A DNA stretch of 64,000 nt from Candidatus Cloacimonadales bacterium (GCA_963663475.2 CAXXJV010000001.1:448001-512000), one strand, 5' to 3'. Positions 48,823-59,705 are shown, counted from the stretch's first letter. Numbers and translations are program-made. The notes: a model not told the origin generated them from the sequence alone.

Positions 48823-50172
48823 ATGAAAAATAATATAAAGAACTCAAGAGCTAATATACTGATTGTCGATGATGAAATAGTCATTCAAAAACTATTCTCA
48901 GACTTTCTTGCTAACAGTGGTTTTTCACTCTTTTGTGCTTCTAATAATCAAGAAGCTAGAAGTATTCTCAAAAGTGAAGCCATCGATGTTATGCTACTAG
49001 ACGTCTATATGGGACAAGACTCTGGGATTGACTTAATTCCAGAAGCACGTAGAATCTCTGAGAATACAGAGATAATAGTCATCTCAGGCACGTCCAGAGT
49101 ATCTGATGTAATAAAAGTCATGAAATATGGAGTTGCTGACTTCCTTCTTAAACCAATTAAGAAGAATGAGCTTCTAGCCCTGATAGATAAAATTGTAGGT
49201 AGCAAAAATAATTATCAAGCTATCACTCAAAGCCAAGATGTCTATATCGGCAAATCTTCCATAGTAAATGATATAGTTGATCGGATTAAAGTAATCGCCC
49301 CTACTAATCTAAATGTTCTAATAACAGGGAAAAGTGGTACCGGTAAAGAAGTTTTTGCTAAGCTTTTATACCAGTATAGCAAAAGAGCAAATCAACCTTT
49401 TGTAGCTGTTGATTGTGGTGCTATCCCCGAAAACTTGATTGAAAATGAACTCTTTGGTTCAGCTAAAGGAGCTTACACGGGAGCAAGTGGACATAAAGGG
49501 AAATTTGAGCTTGCCAATAAGGGTACTATTCTTCTCGACGAAATCACTAATTTACCTCTTAGTAGCCAAGCTAAACTGCTAAGAGCAATTCAAGAAAAGA
49601 AGTTTTATCCGATTGGTAGCAATAACGAAGTACATTCTGATTTTAGAATTATTGCCACAACTAATATTGCTTGTGATCCTCTTATCAAACAAGGTAAATT
49701 TAGGGAAGATCTCTTCTTCAGACTAAATGAAATATCTTTAGAAATTCCCGATTTAAATGAAAGAGATGAAGACTTCGAAAAGATGGCTCTCTTCTTTCTC
49801 GATAAAGCAAATAATGAGTTGAATAAAAATATCAATGAAATTTCGGAGAAAGCTGTAAAACTTCTGCAAGCGCACGAATGGAAAGGTAATGTTAGAGAAT
49901 TTAAACATGTTCTTTTTACCGCCGCCTTGTATTGCCCAGGAACAGTTATCCTGCCTGAACATCTTTCTATTAATAATGATGAAAATAAAATAAATTCACG
50001 TCTCAGCGATAAAGCAGGCTTCTATGATGTTCTTAAAGAGACTGAGAAAGAACTTATCTTAGAAGCTCTTGACCAATGCAAATGGAATAAGAGTGAAGCT
50101 GCCAAAAAGCTACAGATTAATAGAAAAACACTCTATAGAAAAATGTCGGAACTTAATATTAATGAACTGTGA
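48823..50172 (+). CDS. Sigma-54-dependent response regulator (NtrC family)
   Basis: REC domain, GKSGTGKE, GAYTGA variant, LLDEI, WKGNVRE and a Fis HTH. Confidence 0.95.
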   Translation: MKNNIKNSRANILIVDDEIVIQKLFSDFLANSGFSLFCASNNQEARSILKSEAIDVMLLDVYMGQDSGIDLIPEARRISENTEIIVISGTSRVSDVIKVMKYGVADFLLKPIKKNELLALIDKIVGSKNNYQAITQSQDVYIGKSSIVNDIVDRIKVIAPTNLNVLITGKSGTGKEVFAKLLYQYSKRANQPFVAVDCGAIPENLIENELFGSAKGAYTGASGHKGKFELANKGTILLDEITNLPLSSQAKLLRAIQEKKFYPIGSNNEVHSDFRIIATTNIACDPLIKQGKFREDLFFRLNEISLEIPDLNERDEDFEKMALFFLDKANNELNKNINEISEKAVKLLQAHEWKGNVREFKHVLFTAALYCPGTVILPEHLSINNDENKINSRLSDKAGFYDVLKETEKELILEALDQCKWNKSEAAKKLQINRKTLYRKMSELNINEL

Positions 50173-50308
50173 TTAATTCGAGAACAGTCTCAGAATTGCT
50201 ACATAAACTAGAAAATTTTAAGTAGCCTTTGCTTTTAAAACTAAACTTTAAGATTCTTATGTCACTGAAAGATAAGAATTAAAGAAAAATATATAAATTT
50301 GGATATTA

Positions 50309-50325
50309 TTGGAACTAGTCTTGCA
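50309..50325 (+). promoter_or_regulatory. Candidate sigma-54 (-24/-12) promoter
   Basis: TTGGAACTAGTCTTGCA: GG-N10-GC, one mismatch to TGGCAC-N5-TTGC. Confidence 0.65.
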
Positions 50326-50381
50326 TTATAATGATGTAGTTGAGAGAAAAATTAAACATTAAACCTATAAATGAGGAAATT

Positions 50382-53300
50382 ATGAAAAAGTTTTTACTAA
50401 TTTTTAGTCTTTTATTCTTGTCGATTATACTTTTTTCAGAAACCGTAATCGATTATCCTGATGTCTATGGTAACTGGAATGTACAAGGTTCACCTTATAT
50501 CGTGACTACCAACATTGAAATACCTCAAGGACAAACATTAACCATTGATTCAGGTGTTGTAGTTTCAATGAGTGAAAACACTAGAATCACAGCTTATGGT
50601 GTTCTCAGTGTTAACGGTATTGAAGAAAACCTAGTACATATTCAAGGTGCTACAGAAACCACTCAATGGTTAGGTATTGAAGTAAATTCTGAAAATGGTA
50701 ATTTCAATCATACTAATATTATAGGTGCTTGCAAAGGATTAGCCCTTTATAAAACTAACAGTGTTGAATATTGTAATATTATTGGCTATGATAGTCCTGA
50801 CTTCCAAGAAGGCCTTTATGTTGCTAATGATAACCAATCAACTATTAGTAATGTTGAAATCTATGGCTATTTAACTGGTGTTACTATCAAAGCTGATGAC
50901 GACGATGATGACGAACCTCATGGTCCTACTACACCTACAATGGATATTATTAGAATTTATTATTCACCAGATAGCTGGAAAAATGATAGAACCGAAACTA
51001 CAAAAGGTATCTACATGGATGATGATGTAGAACCTACTCTTACTAATATTGAAATTGAAAACTATGATGAAGGTATCACTATCAAAGCTGATAACGACGA
51101 TGATGATGAACCTCATGGCCCTACTACTCCTACTATGGATATTATTAGAATTTATTATTCACCAGATAGCTGGAAAAATGATAGAACTGAAACTACCAAA
51201 GGTATCTATGTTGAAGGTAATGTTAATCCTTCTATGACTGATGTAGAAATTGAAAACTATGATGAAGGTATCACTATCAAAGCTGATAATGACGATGATG
51301 ATGAACCTCATGGTCCTACTACACCTACAATGGATATTATCAGAATTTATTACTCACCAGATAGTTGGAAAAGTAATAGACTTTGGGAAACCAAAGGTAT
51401 CTATGTTGAAGGTGATGTTAATCCTTCTATGACTGATGTAGAAATTGAAAACTATGATGAAGGTATCACTATCAAAGCTGATAATGACGATGATGATGAA
51501 CCTCATGGTCCTACTACTCCTACTATGGATATTATTAGAATTTATTATTCACCAGATAGCTGGAAAAGTAATAGAACTTGGGAAACCAAAGGTATCTATG
51601 TTGAAGGTGATGTTAATCCTTCTATGACTGATGTAGAAATTGAAAACTATGATGAAGGTATCACTATCAAAGCTGATAACGACGATGATGATGAACCTCA
51701 TGGTCCTACTACTCCTACTATGGATATTATCAGAATTTATTACTCACCAGATAGTTGGAAAAGTAATAGAACTTGGGAAACCAAAGGTATCTATGTTGAA
51801 GGTGATGTTAATCCTTCTATGACTGATGAGAAATTGAAAACTATGATGAAGGTATCACTATCAAAGCTGATAATGACGATGATGATGAACCTCATGGTCC
51901 TACTACTCCTACTATGGATATTATTAGAATTTATTATTCACCAGATAGCTGGAAAAGTAATAGAACTTGGGAAACCAAAGGTATCTATGTTGAAGGTGAT
52001 GTTAATCCTTCTATGACTGATGTAGAAATTGAAAACTATGATGAAGGTATCACTATCAAAGCTGATAATGACGATGATGATGAACCTCATGGTCCTACTA
52101 CTCCTACTATGGATATTATCAGAATTTATTACTCACCAGATAGCTGGAAAGAAGATAGGTTATGGAATACTACTGGTATATCTATAGAAGGAAGTGTTAA
52201 CTTAGTATGTTCAAATGCAGAAATTTCTAACTATGATAATGGTATAAACTTCAAATCTTCAGGTAGTCAAAACCTATCTAATATCCTCATACCTAATAGC
52301 CTTCCAAGCTGGAATAACTATGGAGTAAGATTTAAAGGTCAAAATGATGTTAATATCGAAAATATTAATATTCAAAATTATGATAATGCTATTTTTAGTA
52401 CATCAGCTACTGAAGAAGCAAATGTTAATATCATAAATGCTGTTATCAGTAATTATGATTCTGAAAGATCAAATACCAAGGCCATCTACTTCAAGGGTCC
52501 TGTTAATCTCTATGTAGATAACAGTCATATAACAGACTATGATCAATCAATTTATCTAAAAAATAATTATAATACTATTGTACAAGCTAAAATTGAACAC
52601 ACTGAAATTTACCAAACAGATGCTAGAAGAGGAAACTATAAAGGTATCTATATTCAAGGAAAAGCAAACGCCATAATAGCGAATAATGTTCTTAAGTCTT
52701 GTGATCCAGCTATTAAGGTAAATGGTTCAAATGCTCAAGCAGAAATTAATAGAAACTTAGTATTCATTACTTATGAAAAGAATAATTCTAAAGCTATTGA
52801 TGTAAATAACATTGATAATAATGTTATGAAGCATAACACAGTATTTAACTACGATAAAGGCCTTATTAGTAATTTTACACCTTCTGAACTAGTTAATAAT
52901 ATTATTTGGAATGATAATCCTGGAAACAATATCGTTCCTAACTATAATTATGTTGAAGCAAGATATAACAATATCTCTCTTCCAAATGGAAATATCTACC
53001 CTGGTATTGCTAACATAAATGAGCTTCCTGACTTTGTTGGAACTAGTGACGATAATCTTACTAAAGAAGATTTTGCAGAGAAATTCGTTGAATTCCAACT
53101 TAATCCAACCTCTCCTTGTATTGATGCAGGAGACCCAAGTGAAGAAGCTGATAGCGATGGAACTATACCTGACCAAGGTGTCTTTGAATATGTTGGTAAT
53201 AAGGACTTTACACAGGTAATGGAGCAAAATGTAAGCTTACATAATTATCCTAACCCATTTAACCCAACTACAAATATTCTGTTCAATGTTGCCCAAGAAG

Positions 53301-53500
53301 GTAATGTTGATATCAAAGTATATAATATTAAAGGACAGGTTGTTAAGTCCTTACTAAACGAAAATAGAACTATTGGAAGTCACAGAATTGTCTGGAATGG
53401 AGATAATAATAGTGGTTCAAAAGTGGCTTCAGGTATCTATTTCATTAGAATGAAACAAGCTAACAATAGCTTTACCAGAAAAATTCTATTGACTAAATAA
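50382..53500 (+). pseudogene. Secreted beta-helix-like repeat protein with FlgD/T9SS-like CTD (~1039 aa if restored), split by a 1-bp deletion (real or sequencing error)
   Basis: The repeat unit reads GATGTAGAAATT elsewhere but GATGAGAAATT at 51825-51835; restoring the T fuses ORFs 50340..52016 and 51914..53500. Start placed at ATG 50382 after GAGG. Confidence 0.8.
50883..52150 (+). repeat. 195-bp (65-aa) intragenic tandem repeat, about 6.5 units
   Basis: Unit starts at 50883, 51078, 51273, 51468, 51663, 51857 and 52052. Confidence 0.95.
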
Positions 53501-53532
53501 TCTTCTCTCCATAATAAAGCATATATGTAAAA

Positions 53533-55643
53533 ATCGAGTAGGGTGGTGCGTTAGCACCATCCCTCTCACAGAACCGTGCGTACGGGTCTCGTACACGGCT
53601 CCTGATAAACCTTGTAATTATTCATAATAATTAAATAAAACACCTGTGGGTTTCGATAGTAAGTCATATAATCCTAATTGCTCAAACCACTCATTAGGTA
53701 GAGCTCTGTGAATATGGTAACAACCAGAATTCTTCCAGTGAGTCATAGATATTTTCGGAAAATCACTTTTATGACCTACTCTTCTAAGTTGTTGGTGTAA
53801 AGCTTTCCAACTTTTCCATTCCCGCATTTTCTTCATTCTTAGCCGTCGCCTTATCCATGATAATAAAGACTGAAAGACTCCTTTGCAATTTGCTACTCTA
53901 AAGTAATTCGACCAACCTCTCAATATCGGATTGAGTCTTTTAATCATAGTCTCAACATTAATTCCGCTATTTCGTGGAGTCAGTGTCCGAATTTTATCTT
54001 TGAACGCTTTTACCCTCTTATCTTCTATTTTGACATACTCCTCATGTATCTCAAAACCAAGATATTTTACTCCATTTAATACACTTGCAATATGTGTCTT
54101 TTCTTCATTCACGATGAGATAAATAGAGTTTAGGTATTCAACCGCAATTCGTTGATATTGTTCTGCTTTCTTCTTAGTCTTGGCAAAAAGTAATATATCA
54201 TCAGCATAACGGACTATCTCAATTCCTAGACTCTTCATTTCTTGGTCAAAGCTATCAAGATATATGTTCATAAGAAGTGGAGAGATTACCCCTCCTTGTG
54301 GACTCCCTATTTCTGTTTCACTATACTTACCTTCTTGCATAACTCCAGATTTTAAGATTCCCTCTATCAGCTTTAATAATGTCCCGTCACTAATTTTCCT
54401 GTTTAATGATTGCATTATGAATTTATGATTTAATGTATCAAAACATTTGGATAAATCCATATCTACTGCATAAGGAAGTTCATCACGTACCATTAATACT
54501 TGTGCTCTAGCCACTGCCTTTTGACAACTTTTGTTAGGTCGGTAGCCATAACTTTGCGGATGAAAATCAGGTTCAAAAATCGGTTGGATGATGTTATTTA
54601 TTGCCTGCTGTACGATTCTATCTTTTACAGTAGGTATCCCTAATGGTCTCATCTTACCATTTGCTTTAGGTATCTCTACCCGTTTTACAGGTGATGGGAT
54701 ATAATTCCCACTTTTCAATTCTAAATGAATATTCTCTAAGTTCTCTTGAAGGTCTTCCCCAAATTTTGATATAGTAATATTATCTATACCAGCTACACCT
54801 CTGTTTTTCTTTACTTTTTGAAAAGATTCATAGAGATTACCTTTCGAGTAAACTTTATCAATTAAACTATACCATTTCTTCATTTAGTTTCTCCTTTTTC
54901 ACAATAAACAAAATTAAGTTTATACTTTCAAATGACAGTTTATTCAATGAAGACCTTTGACGTTTTTAGCTCTATGCAATCTTTATCAAAGATTTTTCAG
55001 GTTTTGACTATTATCCTTTATTAACTTCATCTACTCAGTCTCGTAAGGTCGTGATAGAAAGAAGGTACTCACCACCGTCTATCCGAGCCTTGAATCTAGC
55101 GATTCTCTTCGTTTCCTACTTTTAAGAAAATACTCTTTCAACATGTTCATTCTTTGGTTTATCTTCATCCCTTCGCATGAATTATGACCTTTTGAGTCAT
55201 ATTCCTCAATATTACTATGAATATTGTCCCTTTTGTTTTATCCTCCAGTCTGTCACCAGCCTTCATTGGCAAAAGGTTTATCACTACTACGGAATCATCT
55301 GCCACCTGCTAAAGCTTGATACAACTCTTGCCTTTCAGCTTGAAGTCATAGTTACTCTTTTAGAGACTTTAACAGGCTTCCCCAGTTAAGCTATCCTACC
55401 TGAATGCAAATCCATCTGTTATAATCCATGTAGTCGACTGACATTTGGGCGTCCTCACTTTTTGAAAAGTTACCCACTACATAAACCAAATTCAGTTCAC
55501 TTTCGCTATGTTCCACATTCTTCCTGCGTCTTACTTCAGACCCTGCCGTTGCCAGCAACGCCCTTGACCTCAGATTGACTTCCTGTCAGTTGGGTGTCAG
55601 GACTTCTTTCAGTCCATCGGCTCAGATAACATTCTGGGCAAAC
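53533..55643 (-). mobile_element. Group II intron, class C (IIC), about 2.1 kb
   Basis: 5' GTTTGCCCAG directly after a terminator hairpin plus T5; short DV GAGCCGTGTACG-AGACC-CGTACGCACGGTTC; DVI ending CCCTACTCGAT; RT ORF inside. Confidence 0.9.
53618..54883 (-). CDS. ltrA: Group II intron reverse transcriptase/maturase (no endonuclease domain)
   Basis: RPLGIP, SYGYRP, DLSKCFD, PQGGVISP, RYADD, YLG and X-domain LRGWSNYF; 421 aa. Confidence 0.95.
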   Translation of the reverse strand: MKKWYSLIDKVYSKGNLYESFQKVKKNRGVAGIDNITISKFGEDLQENLENIHLELKSGNYIPSPVKRVEIPKANGKMRPLGIPTVKDRIVQQAINNIIQPIFEPDFHPQSYGYRPNKSCQKAVARAQVLMVRDELPYAVDMDLSKCFDTLNHKFIMQSLNRKISDGTLLKLIEGILKSGVMQEGKYSETEIGSPQGGVISPLLMNIYLDSFDQEMKSLGIEIVRYADDILLFAKTKKKAEQYQRIAVEYLNSIYLIVNEEKTHIASVLNGVKYLGFEIHEEYVKIEDKRVKAFKDKIRTLTPRNSGINVETMIKRLNPILRGWSNYFRVANCKGVFQSLLSWIRRRLRMKKMREWKSWKALHQQLRRVGHKSDFPKISMTHWKNSGCYHIHRALPNEWFEQLGLYDLLSKPTGVLFNYYE

Positions 55644-55675
55644 AAAAAGCAACCCTCTTTTGAGGGTTGTCTTTT
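55644..55675. terminator. Bidirectional terminator hairpin, target site of the intron
   Basis: AAAAAG-CAACCCTC-TTTT-GAGGGTTG-TCTTTT. Confidence 0.8.
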
Positions 55676-55701
55676 AAATCTATCTGTCTAGTAATTCAAA
55701 G

Positions 55702-55897
55702 TTTAAACCTGAATAGTGCATTTGAACTTTGATAATACTTCGCTAAAGCTAGGTATCACAGGTGAAGAGTGCTAGATTCTTTTAGCAAAATAAGTTACAG
55801 ACTTTGAAGGCATATAATATATATATTCCTGAAAATTATGTAGCTTACTCTTGCAAAAGAAGATTCTGCTATTCGCAGAGATCTACTGCAGAGTTTA
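55702..55897 (+). repeat. Hairpin repeat copy with ~29-bp insert
   Basis: Family core plus TAATACTTCGCTAAAGCTAGGTATCACAG at 55733-55761. Confidence 0.8.
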
Positions 55898-55922
55898 GAA
55901 GAAATATAAAATGGGGAGATGA

Positions 55923-58900
55923 ATGAAGTTTAAGAGTTTTGTACCAGATTTTGTTTTAAATGAATTTAGTAGATGCAAGTATCATAAAGAACTATTTGCT
56001 CATGTCGTAATAATCGATATCTCAGGTTTTACCGAGTTAACCCAACTCCTAATGGATAAAGGGTCTGCTGGTGCTGAAGAGCTTGCTAAGATTATTAGAA
56101 AACTCTTCCAACCATTAATCGAAATTATTGAAGAAAATCATGGTTTTATTTCCTCTTTTGCTGGAGATTCTTTTATAGCTATCTTCCCTGACACTGAAAT
56201 AGCCCATATAGATTTTACAGGACTAACCAATCGCGTTATTTCTTCTGTTGATATCTTTAATTCAGAAAACAACTTTGCTCTCTCTTTCTTATTGGGTATA
56301 AAAGTGGGAGTTGGTTTTGGAGAGATTAGCTTAAATATCTTTAATTCTGACCATTATTCTACTTACCTATTTTCAGGGCAAGGAGTTGATTCTGCTATAG
56401 CTGCAATTAAACGTGCCAGCAGAGGTCAAGTGATATTCTCTTTTCCAGTAAGTGATAAAGGCCATAAAACAGACCAAAAGGTTATTGAATATAAAGATGA
56501 AATCTATGATAACTATAATAAATTTTTGCCTCCTTTATTGAGAAATCATGATAAGATAGGAGAATTTAGAAAGGTTGTAAGTTGCTTCATAGCAATTGAA
56601 AATACAGCAAACTCTGAAAAAATAATTACTAAAGTAATGAACTTATCCCTTCGTTATGGAGGCTATTTCAATAAGGTAGATTATTCTGATAAGGGACTAG
56701 TCATGTTAGTAATTTTTGGTGCTCCCAAGACTTATTATGATTCACCTATTAGGGCTTGTAGCTTTGCTTTAGAGGTGAAAAACTATCAAGCAGATATCTC
56801 CCATATAGGTATCACTTATGGAGAAGCTTTTGCAGGTTTTGTTGGTTCTTTCAGTCGCGGAGAATATACAGTATTAGGTATGTCTGTTAATCTATCAGCT
56901 CAAATGGCTATTCAAGCTAATCCTAATGAGATTCTTGTAGATAAATATATCTTTAACAAGGCAAGAAAAAACTTCAAGATTATTATGAAGGGTTATCGTA
57001 ACTATAAAGGTTTCCAGGCTAAAATACCTACATATGTTTTAAATAATCCCAAATATATTAGTGAGTTTCTGGCCTTCAATAACAAGTTTATTGGTAGGGA
57101 GAAGCAACTATTAATAATTAGCAAGAAAATCAGCTTATCTACCAATGATGTTGTCTCTAAACTATTAAATATCTATGGTCATGAAGGGGTTGGTAAGACC
57201 CGTCTTATTGCAGAATCTGTTAACCTATTAGGTAAATCTGAATACAGCTGGGCCTATATGGAATGTGATACTGTCCTAAGGCAAAACTTTAACCCTCTTA
57301 TTTCCTTCTTTAAATTCTTCTTTAAACTTAATGATTCTGACGAATATCACGTTAATCATGAAAGAATAGTAAGGGTAATAGATGCCTTAGCTGAGAATGT
57401 TAATAACAAAACTCTTATCCACGAGTTAAATAGTGGAATTAGCTTGCTAGAGACTTTTATAGGCTTGAAAGAATTCAATGCAGATAATGTAGCAAGTGAA
57501 ATTATAAAGAGTAGGTATGAGAATACTCTTTATGCTATTTCCAATATTTTCCGTTTAATGTCATTAAACCTACCTACTGTCATTATTATTGATAATTTTG
57601 ATTTCATAGATCCTGAAAGTTATAACTTTTTTAAATATTTCTATCCTCTGATACAAGACTATCCAATAACCATAATAGTTTTAAGTAGAGAAGAACAATA
57701 TAATTTATTTCATGATTTACAAATAACAGCAGATAACCGAATATGTAAGCTAGACAATCTAGATTACAATGAATCTATACAAATGATAAAATCTTTCTTG
57801 CAAGACGATCTAGAAGACCAGCTTGTCATTACTGATAAATTCCTGAATAAAATTATAGATCAAGCAAAAGGTAACCCTTTCTATATTGAACAAATTATCA
57901 GCTATATTAAACGAGAAAAGCTACTCAAAGATGACAGGTATATGAATGAAGACACCTTCTCAATACCAGATAATATAGAGGCAATGATTATTGAAAGAGT
58001 TGATAAGCTGGATGATATTCTTAAAAAAGTTGTTAAAGTAGCAACAGTTTTAGGAAACAAGTTTGACAAAAGAATCCTGCAAGAAATGATGGGCGGTAAT
58101 GATATATCTCGTTTTCTTGCAGAAGGTGAAATAGAGAATCTCTGGTATCCTGTCTTAGAATTCAACTATGTCTTTAGAAATACTATTTACAGAGAATGTA
58201 TCTATAGACTCCACCTTGCAAGTCAGTCTATAAATATACACAGAAAAGCCTTGATTTCTATGGAAAAGATATATAAGGATAATCTTAATAATCATTATGA
58301 AGAGTTGATTTATAACTCGATTAATGGCCAGCTAATCGAAAAGGCAGTTTCATACCTTCAATTAGCAATTGATGATTCAATAAAATATCATAAATACGGA
58401 GCTACACTTGAATACTGTGCTAAGCTTATAAAATATATGAAAGAAAATAATATCATAGATGAGGAAATTATGATTGATACAAGATTAAAAGTTGTTGAGG
58501 TCAATCTAGAGGAAAGTAGGATAGATATTTCCAATCGAGATATTGAAGAACTAGAAAAAATCATAGAATCAAATACTGACCACTGGCTAAAGCTAAATTA
58601 TTTAAAAGCCAAATCATTATTTATCCAAGAAAAGTTTAATGAGTTAGTTGATCTTACTGAAAAGATAATGCATCTTTATGAAAGATCTGAGTATAAGATT
58701 CATTTGACTATTTATTACTTAGATTCTCTACGTTATCTAAATAGAGGAGAGGAGTTTGAAAAAACTTCTATCGAACTATTAGATAAATATTTAGATGCAG
58801 ATAACGATCTCTATATTAGTAGAATAGCCAATCTCCTTGGTGTCTATTATATGGAAAAATCTAAGTACTATGATGCTCTTCACTATTTTAAACTAAATAT

Positions 58901-59705
58901 GAACTTAATTGAAAGTATTAACAACTCAAATCTTCTAGGGTCAGGTGCCCATAATATCGGAGTTATGACCTACCACCTAGGAGATAAATTCCAAGCTAAA
59001 AGTTACTATCTTAAAGCTCTTAAATACTCTGATGAAACTGGTAACAGAATCACTAAATGCAGGATTATGTCTGACTTAGCTATGTTAGAATATAATGAGA
59101 AAAATGTTAGTGAAGCTCTTTCTCTTTTGTTAGAAGCTCTTGAGATAGCTAGACTTAGTCACAATATTAACCAAGTTTCTAGAATATTATATAATCTAGC
59201 CTTGATATATATATCAGACAATGAGTATGAGCAAGCCTTAAGTTATGCTACAGAATGTAGAGAAATAGGTATCTCTGTTGGCAATCTGAGAACTCAAAGT
59301 TTTGTTAATAATATCATAGCCCAAATTTATATAAAAATTGGTAAATATCAGCAAGCTAATCAAATTATTACAGAAAATATTCAACATCAAAATAAGATTG
59401 AAGATTTAGAAGGTGTAGCTAATTCCTATGGTTTACTAGGAGTTTCCAATAAGGAACAGGAAAACTATCTTGCAGCTGCTGAAAACTTCCAGGAAGCCTT
59501 TAAAATTCTCAATAAACTTGGTAGCAAACAGAGTGAAGGTATTGCCTTGTTTAACTGGGCTACCTGCGATATTGAACTTGAAAACATCTCAGAAGCAAAA
59601 AAGAAACTCAATGAAGCGCTAGCTGTTTTTGCTAAATGTAATTACGAAAATGGCATCTTGATGGTGAATGAAGTCCTTTCTTCTCTAGAGAAAAAAAATA
59701 AGTAA
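55923..59705 (+). CDS. Class III nucleotide cyclase (two domains)-STAND/AAA ATPase-TPR protein (soluble-adenylyl-cyclase-like)
   Basis: IDISGFT, FAGD, DKG and EYTVLG-x-x-VN; FIGREKQL, Walker A GHEGVGKT, GNPFYIEQ; C-terminal TPRs. Confidence 0.88.
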   Translation: MKFKSFVPDFVLNEFSRCKYHKELFAHVVIIDISGFTELTQLLMDKGSAGAEELAKIIRKLFQPLIEIIEENHGFISSFAGDSFIAIFPDTEIAHIDFTGLTNRVISSVDIFNSENNFALSFLLGIKVGVGFGEISLNIFNSDHYSTYLFSGQGVDSAIAAIKRASRGQVIFSFPVSDKGHKTDQKVIEYKDEIYDNYNKFLPPLLRNHDKIGEFRKVVSCFIAIENTANSEKIITKVMNLSLRYGGYFNKVDYSDKGLVMLVIFGAPKTYYDSPIRACSFALEVKNYQADISHIGITYGEAFAGFVGSFSRGEYTVLGMSVNLSAQMAIQANPNEILVDKYIFNKARKNFKIIMKGYRNYKGFQAKIPTYVLNNPKYISEFLAFNNKFIGREKQLLIISKKISLSTNDVVSKLLNIYGHEGVGKTRLIAESVNLLGKSEYSWAYMECDTVLRQNFNPLISFFKFFFKLNDSDEYHVNHERIVRVIDALAENVNNKTLIHELNSGISLLETFIGLKEFNADNVASEIIKSRYENTLYAISNIFRLMSLNLPTVIIIDNFDFIDPESYNFFKYFYPLIQDYPITIIVLSREEQYNLFHDLQITADNRICKLDNLDYNESIQMIKSFLQDDLEDQLVITDKFLNKIIDQAKGNPFYIEQIISYIKREKLLKDDRYMNEDTFSIPDNIEAMIIERVDKLDDILKKVVKVATVLGNKFDKRILQEMMGGNDISRFLAEGEIENLWYPVLEFNYVFRNTIYRECIYRLHLASQSINIHRKALISMEKIYKDNLNNHYEELIYNSINGQLIEKAVSYLQLAIDDSIKYHKYGATLEYCAKLIKYMKENNIIDEEIMIDTRLKVVEVNLEESRIDISNRDIEELEKIIESNTDHWLKLNYLKAKSLFIQEKFNELVDLTEKIMHLYERSEYKIHLTIYYLDSLRYLNRGEEFEKTSIELLDKYLDADNDLYISRIANLLGVYYMEKSKYYDALHYFKLNMNLIESINNSNLLGSGAHNIGVMTYHLGDKFQAKSYYLKALKYSDETGNRITKCRIMSDLAMLEYNEKNVSEALSLLLEALEIARLSHNINQVSRILYNLALIYISDNEYEQALSYATECREIGISVGNLRTQSFVNNIIAQIYIKIGKYQQANQIITENIQHQNKIEDLEGVANSYGLLGVSNKEQENYLAAAENFQEAFKILNKLGSKQSEGIALFNWATCDIELENISEAKKKLNEALAVFAKCNYENGILMVNEVLSSLEKKNK

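Noticed and set aside
51049-51822. Four 60-62-aa ORFs beginning MK(L/T)...MMKVSLSKLI
   Set aside because: Alternative-frame shadows of the tandem repeat.
50883-52150. CRISPR array
   Set aside because: Contiguous 195-bp coding repeats with no unique spacers; no cas genes in the window.
50883-54883. Diversity-generating retroelement (RT next to repeats)
   Set aside because: The RT lies within group II intron DV/DVI and has a maturase X domain; the repeats are tandem coding units without adenine-specific variation, and there is no avd-like gene.
55177-55389. 70-aa ORF inside the intron
   Set aside because: Antisense to structured intron domains; no recognisable motif.
5043-58165. Remaining short nested or antisense track ORFs (e.g. 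5043, 7634, 11358, 12834, 18096, 24411, 40362, 46132, 52889, 57902)
   Set aside because: They lie wholly within well-supported longer genes and show no motifs.
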